A DNA stretch of 64,000 nucleotides from Mobula hypostoma (Eukaryota), in NCBI RefSeq assembly GCF_963921235.1, contig NC_086108.1, positions 107,324,001 to 107,388,000 on the forward strand, written 5' to 3'. Positions 52,351 through 64,000 of this stretch are shown piece after piece; within the stretch, counting starts at the first letter, position 1; every line of letters begins with the position of its first letter. The position numbers and the translations under genes are program-made. The notes under the pieces were generated by a model. The model was not told the origin of the DNA and ran no database searches. It saw nothing but the letters and a program-made list of their open reading frames with translations.

Positions 52351-53211
52351 ACAACACCAGCAATCTGGGTTCAATCCACTGCTGTCTGCAAGGATTTTGT
52401 ACATCCTCCCCATGACAGTGTGGGTTTCCTCCAGACCCTCCGGTATCCTCTTACGTTGCAAAGACGTACAGATGGTAGGTCACATGGGTGTAATTGGGCA
52501 GCGTGGGCTTGGTGTGCCTAAAAGGCCTGTTATCAAACGACATCTCTAATTATAAGTAAAAAAATGAATAAATACAGAACATACTAACCGTTTTGATGGG
52601 CACCCGATCTACAACCGTTCACCCACTCTGTCACTGACACATGGTAGCACCAGTTTGTACCATCTTCAGAAGGTACTGCAGCAACTCGCCAAGACTCCTC
52701 AAGCAGTTTCATCCAAACCCACAATGTCTACCAGCTGGAAGGACAAGGGCAGCAAAAGCACAGGGAACTCTACCGCTGGGATGCCGCCTGGGTTAGATTA
52801 CACGTGCTACAAGGAGATGCTGGGTAAACAAGGGTAGTTTTCTATGGAGTATCAGTGGCCGAGGGGTGACATGATAGAGGTTTGTTACAATGTTACAACC
52901 CTCATGGAGGATTTTGATATATAGGTAGATTGGGAAAATCAGGTTGGTGCTGGATCCCAAGAGGGGGAATTTGAGGAATGCCTACAAGATGGATTTTTAG
53001 AGCATCTCATGATTAAATCCACTAGAGTATCAGTTATACTGGACAGGGTGTTGTGCAATGAACCAGAATTGATCAGAGCGTTGAAGGTAAAAGAACCCTT
53101 CGGGGATCTGTGATCAGAATATTATAGGATTCAACCTGCAATTCTAGAAGCAAAAGTCAGATGTATCAACATTACATTGGAGTACAGAGAATTATAGAGG
53201 CATAAGAGAGG

Positions 53212-54283
53212 AGAGAAAATCTGCAGATGCAGGAAATCCGAGCATCACACGCAAAATGCTAGAGGAACTCAGCAGGCCAGACAGCATCCATGGAAAAAAG
53301 TACAGTCAATGTTATGGGTGGAGACCCTTTGGCAGGACTGGAGAAAAAAAGATGAGGAATAGATTTAAAAGGTGGGGGAGGAGAGAGAAACATAAGATAG
53401 GTGAAACTGGGTGGGGGAGGGATGAAGTAAAGAGCTGGAAAGATGATTGATCAAAGAGATACAGGGCTGGAGAAGGGAGAGTCTGATAGGTGAGGATAGA
53501 AAGCCATGGAAGAAAGAAAAGAGGGAGGAGCACCAGAGGGAGGTGATGGGCAGGCAAGAAGATAAGGTGAGAGAGAGAAAAGATGATGGGGAATGGTAAA
53601 GAGATGGGGGGTGGGGGGGGTCATTACCGGAAGTTCGAGAAATCGATGTTCATGTCACCAGGTTGGAGGCTACCCAAATGGTATATAAGATGTTGCTCCT
53701 GCAATCTGAGTGTGGACTGCTCCTACACCTCCTCCCTCACTACCATTCAGGGCCCCAAAGAGTCCTTCCAGGTAAGGTGATGCTTCACCCATTTTAATTC
53801 TACTTCCCATTCCCATTCCCATTCTGATATGTCAATCCATGGCCTCCTCTACTGTCATGATCAGGCCACGCTCAGATTGAAGGAGCAACACCTTATATTC
53901 TGTCTCAAATTTCCGATAATGGCCTCCCTTCCTCTCCTTCAACAATTCCCATCCCCTTTTCCCTCTCTCACCTTATCACCATTGTCTCCCTCTGGTGCTC
54001 CTCCCCACTTTTCTTTCTTCCATGGTGTTCTCTCCTATCGGACTCCCCCTTCTCTAGCCCTGTATCTCTTTCACCTATCAACTTCCCACCTCCTTACTTC
54101 ATTCCTCCCTTCCCAGTTTTATCTATCATCTTGTGTTTATCTCTCCCCTCCCCCACCTTTTAAATCTACTCCTCTTCATTTTTCTCTCCAGTCCTGGCAA
54201 AGGGTCTCAGCCCAAACGTCAACTCTACTTTTTTCCATAGATGCTACTTAGCCTGCTGAGTTCCTCCAGCATTTTGTGTGTGT
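53212..54283. mobile_element. Inverted (tail-out) Penelope composite with 13-bp TSD
   Basis: Minus arm 53212-53715, plus arm 53716-54283; GGCATAAGAGAGG 53199-53211 and GGCATGAGAGAGG 54284-54296. Confidence 0.85.
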
Positions 54284-55366
54284 GGCATGAGAGAGGGGCT
54301 GGCCAAAATTGATTGGAAGGGAACACTAGCAGGGATGATGGCAGAGCAGCAATGGCTGGAGTTTCTGGAAGTAATTCTGAAGGCAAAGGATAGATAAATC
54401 CCAAAGAAGAAGATGTATTCTAAAACCAGAATGATGAAACCACGGTTGATAAGAGAAGTCAAATCCAATATAAGTCCAAAGAGAGGACATATAACAGAAC
54501 AAGAATTGGTGAGAAGATAGAGAATTCCGAAGCTTTTGAAAACCAGCAGAAGGCAAATAAAAAAGTCATAAAGAAGGAAAAGCTGAGATACAAAGGTAAT
54601 CTATCCAATAATATCAAAGAGGATACATTTTTTTTCAGATGTATAAAATATAACAGAGAGGTGAGAGTAGATATCAGACTGCTAGAAAATGATGCTGGAG
54701 ACGCAGTAATGGGGAACAAGGAAATGGTGGAAGAATAGAATAAGTATTTTGCATCAGTTTTCATTGTGCAACATACTCGCAATATGCTGAGAGTTTGAGA
54801 GTGTCAGGGAGCAGAAGTGAGAGAAGTTACATTACTAATGATCTTTCAAGAATCAATGGATTTTAGCATACAAATTTTACTTCACCCTTCAAGAAGGGAG
54901 AGAGGCAGAAGACAGGAGGTTATAGGCCAGTTAGTCTGACCTCAGTGGTTGAGAAGATGTTAAAATCGATTGTTAAGGATGTGGTTTTGAGATATTTGGA
55001 GTCACATGATAAAATATGTCAAAGTCAGCATGATTTCCTTAAAGGAAAATCTGCCTGACAAATCTGTTGGAATTCCTTGAACAAATAACAAGCAGGATAA
55101 ACAAAGGTGGATTTTGTGCACTTGGATTTTCAGAAGGCCTTTGACAAGGTGCCACACATGAAGAGCTTAACAAGCTACGAGCCCACGGCATTACAGGAAT
55201 GATTGTAGCATGGATAAGGCAGTGGCTGATTGGCAGGAGGCGAAGTGTGGGAATAAAGGGAGCCTTTTCTGGTTGGCTGTCAGTGATGAGTGGTGTTTCA
55301 CAGGGCACTTTTTACGTTCATGTCAATGATTTGGAGGACAGAATTGAGGCTTTAAGGTCAAGATTG

Positions 55367-55992
55367 GCGAGAGGAGAGAAAGCAGCACGCAGCGCGTGCG
55401 CAGTCCTCCGGTGAAAAATGATGTTGTATCTGTTAAATAGGGGCTGTGGACAATTCTGATTTGATGGAGAATGGACGTGAAAGCACAGAGGAACATCTGG
55501 AGAAATTTCTGAAACGCTCATTCACTGCTGTCGTTACTGCACGGTCGGGAATCTTTCGGAGGGAAGGCCTCAAAATCCCCGGCTTTGCCTGCTGTTGGGG
55601 ACCGAGAAGGAGGTCGAATTGTTCAGATAGAGATGGCACTCAGTACTCGGTGTCGGAGAGCTGATCAGAGCTCGAAGTTTTCGGATGACTCAGAGTCGGA
55701 TTGTGATCAGCATGGCAGGGAGAGTTTTTCTTCCTTCTCCCGTCTGCGTAAGATGTGGGACATTTGAGAAACTTTGAACTTTTACAGTGCTCATGGACTT
55801 CTTCATCAAGTTATGGTATTTTTACACTGTTTGTAACTATATGCTATAATTATGTGGTTTTGTTAGTTTTTTTCAGTCTTGGTCTGTCCTGTGTTTTGTG
55901 ATATCACACCGGAAGAAATATTGTATCATTCCTTAATGCATGCATTACTAAATGACAATAAAAGAGGACTGTGTGTCTTCATAATCTAATCT
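55367..55992 (+). mobile_element. Non-coding retroposon family A, copy 4, with 7-bp TSD
   Basis: AAGATTG at 55360-55366 and 55993-55999; ends AATAAAAGAGGAC..(AATCT)n; interrupts the CR1 FADD-equivalent motif. Confidence 0.9.
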
Positions 55993-57239
55993 AAGATTGT
56001 CGATAATACAAAGGTAGGTGGAAGAGCAGGAAATGGTGAGGAAGCAGAGATGCTACAGAAGAAATTAGACAGATTGGGAGAACGGGCAAAGAAGTGTCAG
56101 ATGGAACATTTGGTGCCTCTAGGCCTGTATTCACTAGAATTCAGAAGAATGAGGTGTTGACTCTCATTAAAACCTTCTGTTTGTTGAAACGCCTCTACAG
56201 AGTGGATGTGGAGAGGATGTTTCCTTTGTGGGGGGAGTCTAAAACCAAAGGACAGCCTCAGAATAGAGGGATGTCCATTTAAAATGGAGATGAGGAGGAA
56301 TTTCTTCAGCCAGAGGGTGGTGAGTCTGTGGAATTCGTTGCCACAAGTGGCTGTGGAAGCCAAGTCTCTGGGTATATTTAAGGCAGAGGATGACAGATTC
56401 TTGATTAGTCAGAGCATAAAGGGATACGAGGAGAAAGCAGGAGATTAGGGCTAAGAGGGAAAATGGATCAGCCATGATGAAATGGTGGAGAAGAATCAAT
56501 GTGCCAAATGGCCTGATTCTGCTCCTAAATCTTATGGTCTTGATATGTCAAAAAAGGTCTGAAGGTAGAAAAAAGGCATCCGTTAGTTTTGCGAGACCAT
56601 GGATCTGTGCCTGGAAAGTCTTCACTCTCCAGGGCACAGGCCTGGGCAAGGTCTATATGGAAGACCGACAGTTAGTTGCCCATGCTGCAAGTCTCCCCTC
56701 TCCACGACACCAATGTTGTCCAAGGGAAGGGCATTAGGACCCATACAGCTTGGCACCAGTGTCATCACAGAGCAATGTGTGATTAAGCACCTTGCTCAAG
56801 GACACAACACGTTCCCTCGGCTGGGGCTCGAATTCACAACCTTCAGGTAGCTAGTCCAATGCCTTAACCACTTGGCCACGTACTCACAGGTAGATAAGTC
56901 CTCAGGACTGATACATCAAAAGCTAGATGGCATACATTTAATTTGAGAGGGGCTAGGTTCAAGGGTGATTTGTGTGGCAGATTTATTACACATAGAGTAG
57001 TGGGTGCTTGGAATGCACTGCCAAGGAGTTGTGGTTGGGAGTAGATATGATGGAAGTGATAAAGGCATCTGAGGTCGGCACATAAAGTGCAGTAAGTAGA
57101 GGGCTACGGACCTTGTCCATGCAGAAGGGGTCATTAACTGAACTGGTTTGGTACAATATTGTCGGATGAAGGGCCTCTTACTGCACAGTACTGTGCTATT
57201 TTTCAGAACAAGGAACACACTGCGATTTTTATAAATGAC

Positions 57240-58215
57240 TTGCATAAGGGATTGGAAAGGTGGGTTAGTAAGTTTGCGGATGATACAAAGGGTGGTGACA
57301 TTGTGAATAGGTTGTCATAGGTTACAGCAGGACATTGATAGGGTGCTGAACAGGGCTGAGAAGTGGCAGATGGAGTTCAATCCCAAAAAGTGATTCACTT
57401 TGGAAGTTCAAACCTGAAGGAGGAATACATGGTTAATGGAAGGATTCTTAGCAGTGTGAAGGAGCAGAGGGTCCTAGGGCTCCATGTCCACAGCTCCCTC
57501 AAAGTTTCCATGCAAGTTGATAGGATGCTTAAGAAAGTGGATCGTGTATTTTCCTTCATTAGTTCAAGAGCTATGAGGCAATGTTTCAGTTCTATAAAAC
57601 CCTGGTCAGATCATGGTTATAGCACTGGATTCAGTTCTGGTCACCTCATTATAGGAAGGATGTGAAAGCTTTAAAGAGGGTGCGGAGGAGATTTACAAGG
57701 ATGCTGCCTGGATTAGAGAGCATGTCTTATGAGGATAGGCTGAGTGAGCTAGGGCTTTTATCGTTGGAGTGAAGGAGGATGAGAGGAATATAGAACATGG
57801 AAATTTGCAACACATTACAGACCCTTCAGCCCACAATGTTGTGCTGGTAGGAGACTTGATAGAGGTGTTTAAGATGAGCAGAAGCAGAGATAGAGAGGAC
57901 AGCCTGAGCCTTTCTCCAAGTGTAGCAATGGCTGATATTAGAGGATATCCTTTTAAGGAGAGTAGAGTACGGATTTGCAGGGTGTTTTTTTATCAGAGGG
58001 AGTGGTGGGTGCATGGGACGCATTACCAGGGGCGGTGATAGAGGCAGATACATTAGGGACGTTTAAGAAGCAGTTAGATAGATACATGGATGAAGGAGAA
58101 ATGAAGGGCTCTGTGGGAGGGAAAGGTTAGATTGATCATGGAGTAGTTTAAAAGGTCGACACAATGTTGTCGGCCAAAGGGTTTGCACAGTGCTGTAGTG
58201 TTCTATGTTCTATAG
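57240..58215 (+). mobile_element. CR1 LINE RT C-terminus to 3' end
   Basis: VSKFADDTK at ~57270; RRFTRMLPGLESMSYEDRLSELGL; (TTCTATG) tail. Confidence 0.88.
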
Positions 58216-59869
58216 TCTATAGAGTGGAGACTGCAAAAAATCGTGGTGATGCCAGCTGAGAGCGGGAGGTGAAGATCTCTTCATCTCAGCTGCTTCATAT
58301 GGAGGAGGTATAAAAAGAAAGATCTAAATGTGATGAGAGAGAAAAGAACAATTTAAAGAGGTGTGAGATGCACAACATCACTGGAAATCTGAAGAGAAAA
58401 AGTTGAAATATGTAATATTTCAAACAGAACCTGCATCAAGGGAGAGAGAAGGAGAGGGACAGAAAAGATAAGACATTAAAACACAGGAACAGAACAAGAC
58501 TATTTAGCCCATCGACTCTGCTCCACCATTCCATCATGACTGATTTATTTTCCTTCTCAACCCCATTCTGGTGCCTTCTCCCTATAACTTTTGACTCCTT
58601 TACTAATCAAAAACCTGTCAACCTTCATTTTAAATATGACCTGACCTCCACAGACATCTGTGTCAATAACTTCCAGAGATTCACCACCCTCTGGATAGAG
58701 AAATTCCTTCTCATTCCTGCTCTAAACATCAGACTTAACACTATGGTTTCATTAGATTTATCCAGATATGAACTGGAAGTCTGGTTATCTGAAATTGTTG
58801 ACTCCAAAAGTTAAATCTTTAATCTATCATCTTGTAAAATTAAAACACAAGAGTTTCTGCAGATGCTGGAACACAAGAGGAACACAAACAAAATGCTGAA
58901 GGGACTCAGCAGGTCAGGCAGCATCTATGGAAAGCAATAAAGAGCTGAGATTTTGGGCTGAGACATTTCCCCTTCTTTTCTGGTCCTGATGAATGGCCTT
59001 TAGCCCAAAATTTTAAATGCTTATTCCTTTCCATAGATGTTGCCTGACCGGCAGAGTTCTTCCAGCATTTTGTATATATCATTTTATAAAACTAGTTTTG
59101 TCATTAACTTTTTCTGGTAAATGATCACTACAAACAGTGACCTGTTGTTTCCCTGTTGGAGCTGAGTGAAATTGCCTGTACGATCTGGTGTTTTTGCAGT
59201 ACGGCTGGTGTCTCACTGGGGCAGGGTGATTGCAACACAGCAGGCTGTAGTTTCTGGAGAGGGCATGGAGACAATCTGATATGGCATGATGCAGCGGAGC
59301 CGAGGCAAAGTGTGGAAAGTTTCAAAGTCTGATCGATTTAAGAGCCATGCCGAATTGGAAAGCCCATGTAATTTGATCCGGCGGAGCCAAGGTGAGACGA
59401 GGAACAATCTGATGTTTGATCCATTTAAGAGGCTCACTGGATTGGACAGGTTGTGTACTGGCCGCACTGAGGTGATGGAGCCTGAGCCCATCTGTGAGGA
59501 ATAACCCCAAGATTAGAGACTTAATCACCGGGCCAGATTGAAATGGTCCAGGTGTCGGGCTCGGAGGAGAGAGATGGACTGGTTCGGCTCACTACTCCGT
59601 GGGATTTGCTCAACTCACTGCTGGACTGAAGCCTTCTGCATGTGCTGCAGTGATACCTGGCACTGTGAAGCTCGCTTCTGAATGCCGTTTGCTTGCTTTA
59701 TTGTTTGCACAATGTGTTTTTTTTCCTCTCTCTGCACATTGGGTATTTGACAGTCTTCTTTCATTTTTACTGGGCTCTGTTGGGGTTCCTTGTTTCATGG
59801 TTGCCCGTAAGGAGACAAATATCAAGTTTGTATGAAGTATACAGACTTTGATATTAAATGTACTTGAAC

Positions 59870-61352
59870 CTGTGCCAACCAACTGACGGGAGTATTCAGG
59901 GACATTTTCAACCTCTCACTGTTACGGGTAGAAATTTCCACTTGCTTCAAAAAGGCAGCAATTATATCAGTGCTTAAGAAGAATAATGCGAGCTGCCTTA
60001 ATGACTATTCCCCGGTAGCACTCACAACTACAGTGATGAAATGCTTTGAGAGGTTGGTCATGATTAGATTGAACTCCTGCCTCAGCAAGGACGTGGAACC
60101 ACTGCAAGTTGCCTATCGCCACAATAGGTCAAAGGCAGATGCAATCTCAATGGCTCTTCACACAGCTTTAGACCACGTGGACAACAAAATCATCTACGTC
60201 AGGATGCTCTTTGTCGACTATAGCCCAGCATTTGGTACCATCGTTCCCACAATCCAGATTGTGGAACCTGGGTCTCTGTACCTCCCTCTGTAATTAGATC
60301 CTCGACTTCTTAACCAGAAGACCACAAACTGTGCGGATTGGTGATAATATATCTTTCTCACTAATGATCAACACTGGTGCACCTCAGGGGTGTGTGCTTA
60401 GCCCGCTGCTCTACTCTCTCTATGCCCATGATTGTGTGGCTAGGCGTGTTCAAATACCATCTATAAATTTGCTGATGATACAACCATTGTTGGTAGAATT
60501 TCAGGTGGTGATAAGACAGCGTACAGGAGTGAGATATGCCAAATAGTGGAGTGGTGTCCCAGCAACAACCTGGCAGTCAACGTCAGTAAGATGAAAGAGC
60601 TGATTGTGGACTTCAGGAAAGGTAAGAAGAAGGAACACATACCAAGCCTCTTAGAGGGATGAGAAGTGGAGAGAGTGAGCAGCTTCAAGATCGCTAAGGA
60701 CCTAACCTGGTCCCAACATATCGATGTAGTTAAAAAGAAGGCAACTATACTTTTTTAGGAGTTTGAAGAGGTTTGGCATGTCAACACACTCAAAAACTTC
60801 TATAGTTGTACCGTGGAGAGCATTCTGACAGGCTGCATCACTGTCTGGTAGGGAGGGACTACTGCACAGGACCAAAAGAAGCTGCAGAGGGTTGTAAATT
60901 TAGTCAGCCCCATCTTGGGTACTAGCCTACAAAGTACCAGGACATCTTCAAGGAGCAGTGTCTCAGAAAGGCAGCGTCTATTATTAAGGACCACCAGCAC
61001 CCAGGCCATGCCCTTTTCTCACTGTTACCATCAGGTAGGAGGTACAGAAGCCTGAAGGCACACACTCAGCAATCCAGGAACAGCTTTTTCCCTTCTGCCA
61101 TCCGATTCCTAAATGGACATTGAACCCTTGAACACTACCTCACTTTTTTAATATATATTATTCCTGTTTTTGCATGATTTTTGATCTATTCAATATACGT
61201 ATACTATAATTGATTTACATTTGTAGTTGCTTATTTATTATTATTATTTTAGTTTTTTTCTTTTGTATTGTGTATTGCATTGAAATGCCGCTGTTAAGTT
61301 AACAAATTTCACGACACATGCCGGTGATAATAAACCTGATTCTGATTCTGAA
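59870..61352 (+). mobile_element. Rex1/Babar-type LINE RT to 3' end
   Basis: SCLNDYSPVALTTTVMKCFERLV..YVRMLFVDYSPAF (59970..60293), [18 protein letters not shown] (60331..60546), KFADD; (TGATTC)n tail. Confidence 0.92.
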
Positions 61353-61424
61353 CTTTGATATAGAAATAGTTATTTGCATTAATTCAGAACCTTCCATTTG
61401 AGAGTGTAATGCCAATACATACTT

Positions 61425-62520
61425 AAATTTGGATTGGCAATAATACCTCCAAAATTGCCATCAGTACAGGTGCACCACAAGGCTATGTTAGTCCCCTGCT
61501 CTAGTCACTTTATACTTAAACTGTGAGGCTAAGCACACCTCCAATGCCATATTCAAGTTTGCTGATGACACCACTGCTGTAGGCTGAATTGAAGGTGGTG
61601 ATGAATCAGCATAAAGAGGGAGACTGATATTCTGGCTGAGTGGTGACACAACAACAACCTTTCACTCAATGTCAACAGAAAAAAGAGCCGATTATTGATT
61701 ACAGGACAATGAAACCAGAGGTCTATAAGCCAGTCCTCATTTGGGGATTGGAGGAAAGAGCATCAGTAACTTTAAATTCTTTTTGCTTTTATCATATCAG
61801 TGTACCTATTCTGGGCACAGTACATAATTGCCATTACAAAGAAGGCACAGCAGCGCCTCTACTTTCTTAGAAATTCATGGAGATTCAACATGTCGTCTGA
61901 AACATTGACAAACTTCTATAGTTGCACAGAGGAGCGTATCCAACTGGTTGCATCACAGCCTGGTATGGGAACACCAATGCCTAGTAAAAGAAAAGCCCAC
62001 AAAAAGTAATGGATACGGCCTAATCCATCACGGGTAAAGATCTCCCCACCACTGAGCACATAAAGACGGAGCACTGTTGCAGGAAAGCAGCATCCATCAT
62101 CAAGAACTTCCACCATCCAGGCCGTGCTCTCTTCTTACTGCTGTCATCAGGAAGGTCCCACACCACCAGGCTCAATACAGTTATCACCCTTCAAGCATCA
62201 GGCTCCTGAACCAGAGGGGATAACTTCACTTACCTCGGCACTGAACTGATTCCTCAAACGATAGGCTCATTTTCAAGGACTCTGCAACTCGTGTTCTCAA
62301 TATTTATTACTTATCTATTTTTTTTCTCAGTTTTGTATTTGAATAATGTGCTGTCTTTTGCAGGTAGGCTGTTAGTCTGTCTTTGTTGGGTGCAGCTGCT
62401 CATTGATTCTGTTGTGTTTCCTGGATTTACCATGTATGGCCGTAAGAAAAGGAAGTTCAGGATTGTATATGGTGTCACATATGTACTTGGTGACAAACTT
62501 ACTTTAAACTTTTAACCTTT
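61425..62520 (+). mobile_element. Second, older Rex1/Babar-type LINE fragment
   Basis: [26 protein letters not shown] blocks. Confidence 0.85.
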
Positions 62521-62609
62521 AAAGAGTGGGGAAATGTGATTGAATTAATTGGTCTGCATATGCTCAAGGGGTTGAATGGACTCCTTCCCTGCCATAACAG
62601 TTCCATATG

Positions 62610-64000
62610 TCATAGAGTCATAGAAAAGTACAGCACAGAGACAGGCCCTTCAGTCCATCTAGTCAATGCTGAAAGCATTTAAACAGCCTACTCCATCAAC
62701 CTGAACCAAGACTATAGCCCTCTATATCCTTCCCATGCATGTGCCTAACAAAATTTCTCTTAAACACTGAAGTCGAGTTTGCATGCACTACTTACACTGG
62801 AAGCTCATTCCAGGGTCTCACAACCTTCTGAGTGAAGAAGTTTCCACTCATGTTCCCTTTAAACTTCTCACCTTTCACCCTCAACCCATGATCTCTGGTT
62901 GTAGTCCCACCTACGTGGAAAAAGCCTGCTTGCATTGACCCTATCTATATCGTAAGACCATAAGATATAGGAACAGATTTAGGCCATTTGGCCCATCAGG
63001 TCTACTCTGTTATTTCATCATGGCTGATCCAATTTTCCTCTCAGCCCCAATCTCCTGCCTTCTCCCTATATCCCTTGAAGCCTGGACCAATCAAGAATCT
63101 ATCAACCTCTGCATCAAATATACATTAAGACTTGGTCTTCACAGCTGCCTGTGGCAAAGAATTCCACTGATTCACCACTCTCTAGCTAAAGAAACTCCTT
63201 TTCATTTCCATTCTAAAACAACGACCCTCTATTCTGAGGCTGTGTCTTCTGGTCTTAAGCTCCTCCACCATGGGAAACATCCTCTCCACATCCACTATAT
63301 CAAGGCCTTTCACTATTCAATAGGTTTCAATGAGGTCACCCCTCATTCTTCAGAATTAGATAGATAGATAGACAGACATACTTTATTGATCCCGAGGGAA
63401 ATTGGGTTTCGTTACAGTTGCACCAACCAAGAATAGAGTATAAATATAGCAATATAAAACCATAAATAATTAAATAATAATATGTAAATTATGCCAGATG
63501 GAAATAAGTCCAGAACCAGCCTATTGGCTCAGGGTGTCTGACCCTCCAAGGGAGGAGTTGTAAAGTTTGATATTCACAGGCAGAAATGACTTCCTATGAT
63601 GCTCAGTGTTGCATCTCGGTGGAATGAGTCTCTAGCTGAATGTATTCCTGTGCCCATCCAGTACATTATGTAGTGGGTGGGAGACATTGTCCAAGATGGC
63701 ATGCAACTTGTGGTGAATACAGACCCAGAGCCATCAAATGCTCTTTATATGACAAGCCATTCAATCCTGGAATCATCTGGGAAACTTCTTTGAACCCGCT
63801 CCAGTTTCAACACATCCTTTCTAAGATAATGGGCTTAAACATGCTCGCAATACTCCAACTGAGGCCTTCCAAGTGCTTTAAAAAGTTCCAACATTACATC
63901 CCTGCATTTGCCTTCCTTACTACAGACTCAACCTACACATTAACCTTTAGGGAATCCTGCACAAGAACTCCAAATTCCCTCTCCAGCTCAGTTTTTTGTA
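62610..64000 (-). mobile_element. CR1 3' fragments with nested Rex1 3' end (63357-63710)
   Basis: CATAGAGT and TAAGACCA tails; nested piece is the reverse complement of 48270-48600. Confidence 0.82.

Larger units (their letters stand above)
52905..56542 (+). mobile_element. Long decayed CR1 LINE ORF2 (endonuclease to 3' tail) with nested Penelope and family A insertions
   Basis: ECLQDGFLEH and LDRVLCNE (endonuclease), YRPVSLTSVV, DFQKAFDKVPH, MRRNFFSQRVVSLWNSLPQ, 3' TGGTCTT tail. Confidence 0.88.

Noticed and set aside
59130..59870. Unique GC-richer segment with several short ORFs
   Set aside because: Ends in a CTTTGATATTAAATGTACTTGAAC tail like other LINE-mobilised repeats here; most likely another non-autonomous retroposon, no recognisable protein.

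Overview
Vertebrate (non-prokaryotic) genomic DNA, almost entirely a nested mosaic of transposable-element remnants. The repeat set (CR1 and Rex1/Babar LINEs, V-SINEs, abundant Penelope-like elements, Tc1 relics, Gypsy LTR elements) suggests a cartilaginous fish, probably a ray; this is an inference. I see no intact host gene and no intact autonomous element, and most of the supplied ORFs are decayed TE fragments or spurious. Points of interest: (1) Penelope-like elements whose terminal repeat carries a minimal type-I hammerhead ribozyme, with three core-intact copies and many decayed ones, plus a series of foldback Penelope insertions flanked by 11-14 bp target-site duplications; (2) a ~220 bp NCBP3 coding fragment captured inside a Penelope element; (3) a decayed retrovirus-like element with DDE integrase, splice acceptor, possible env remnant and LTR; (4) a PNMA-type gag Gypsy element with tRNA-Pro PBS and two related solo LTRs; (5) a K02A2.6-type Gypsy relic with several nested insertions; (6) a 630-670 bp non-coding retroposon family, one copy of which has an L1-like YY1 5' end. 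Boundaries were read by eye and are approximate unless TSDs or termini are quoted. I found no convincing evidence for a wholly new biological system.
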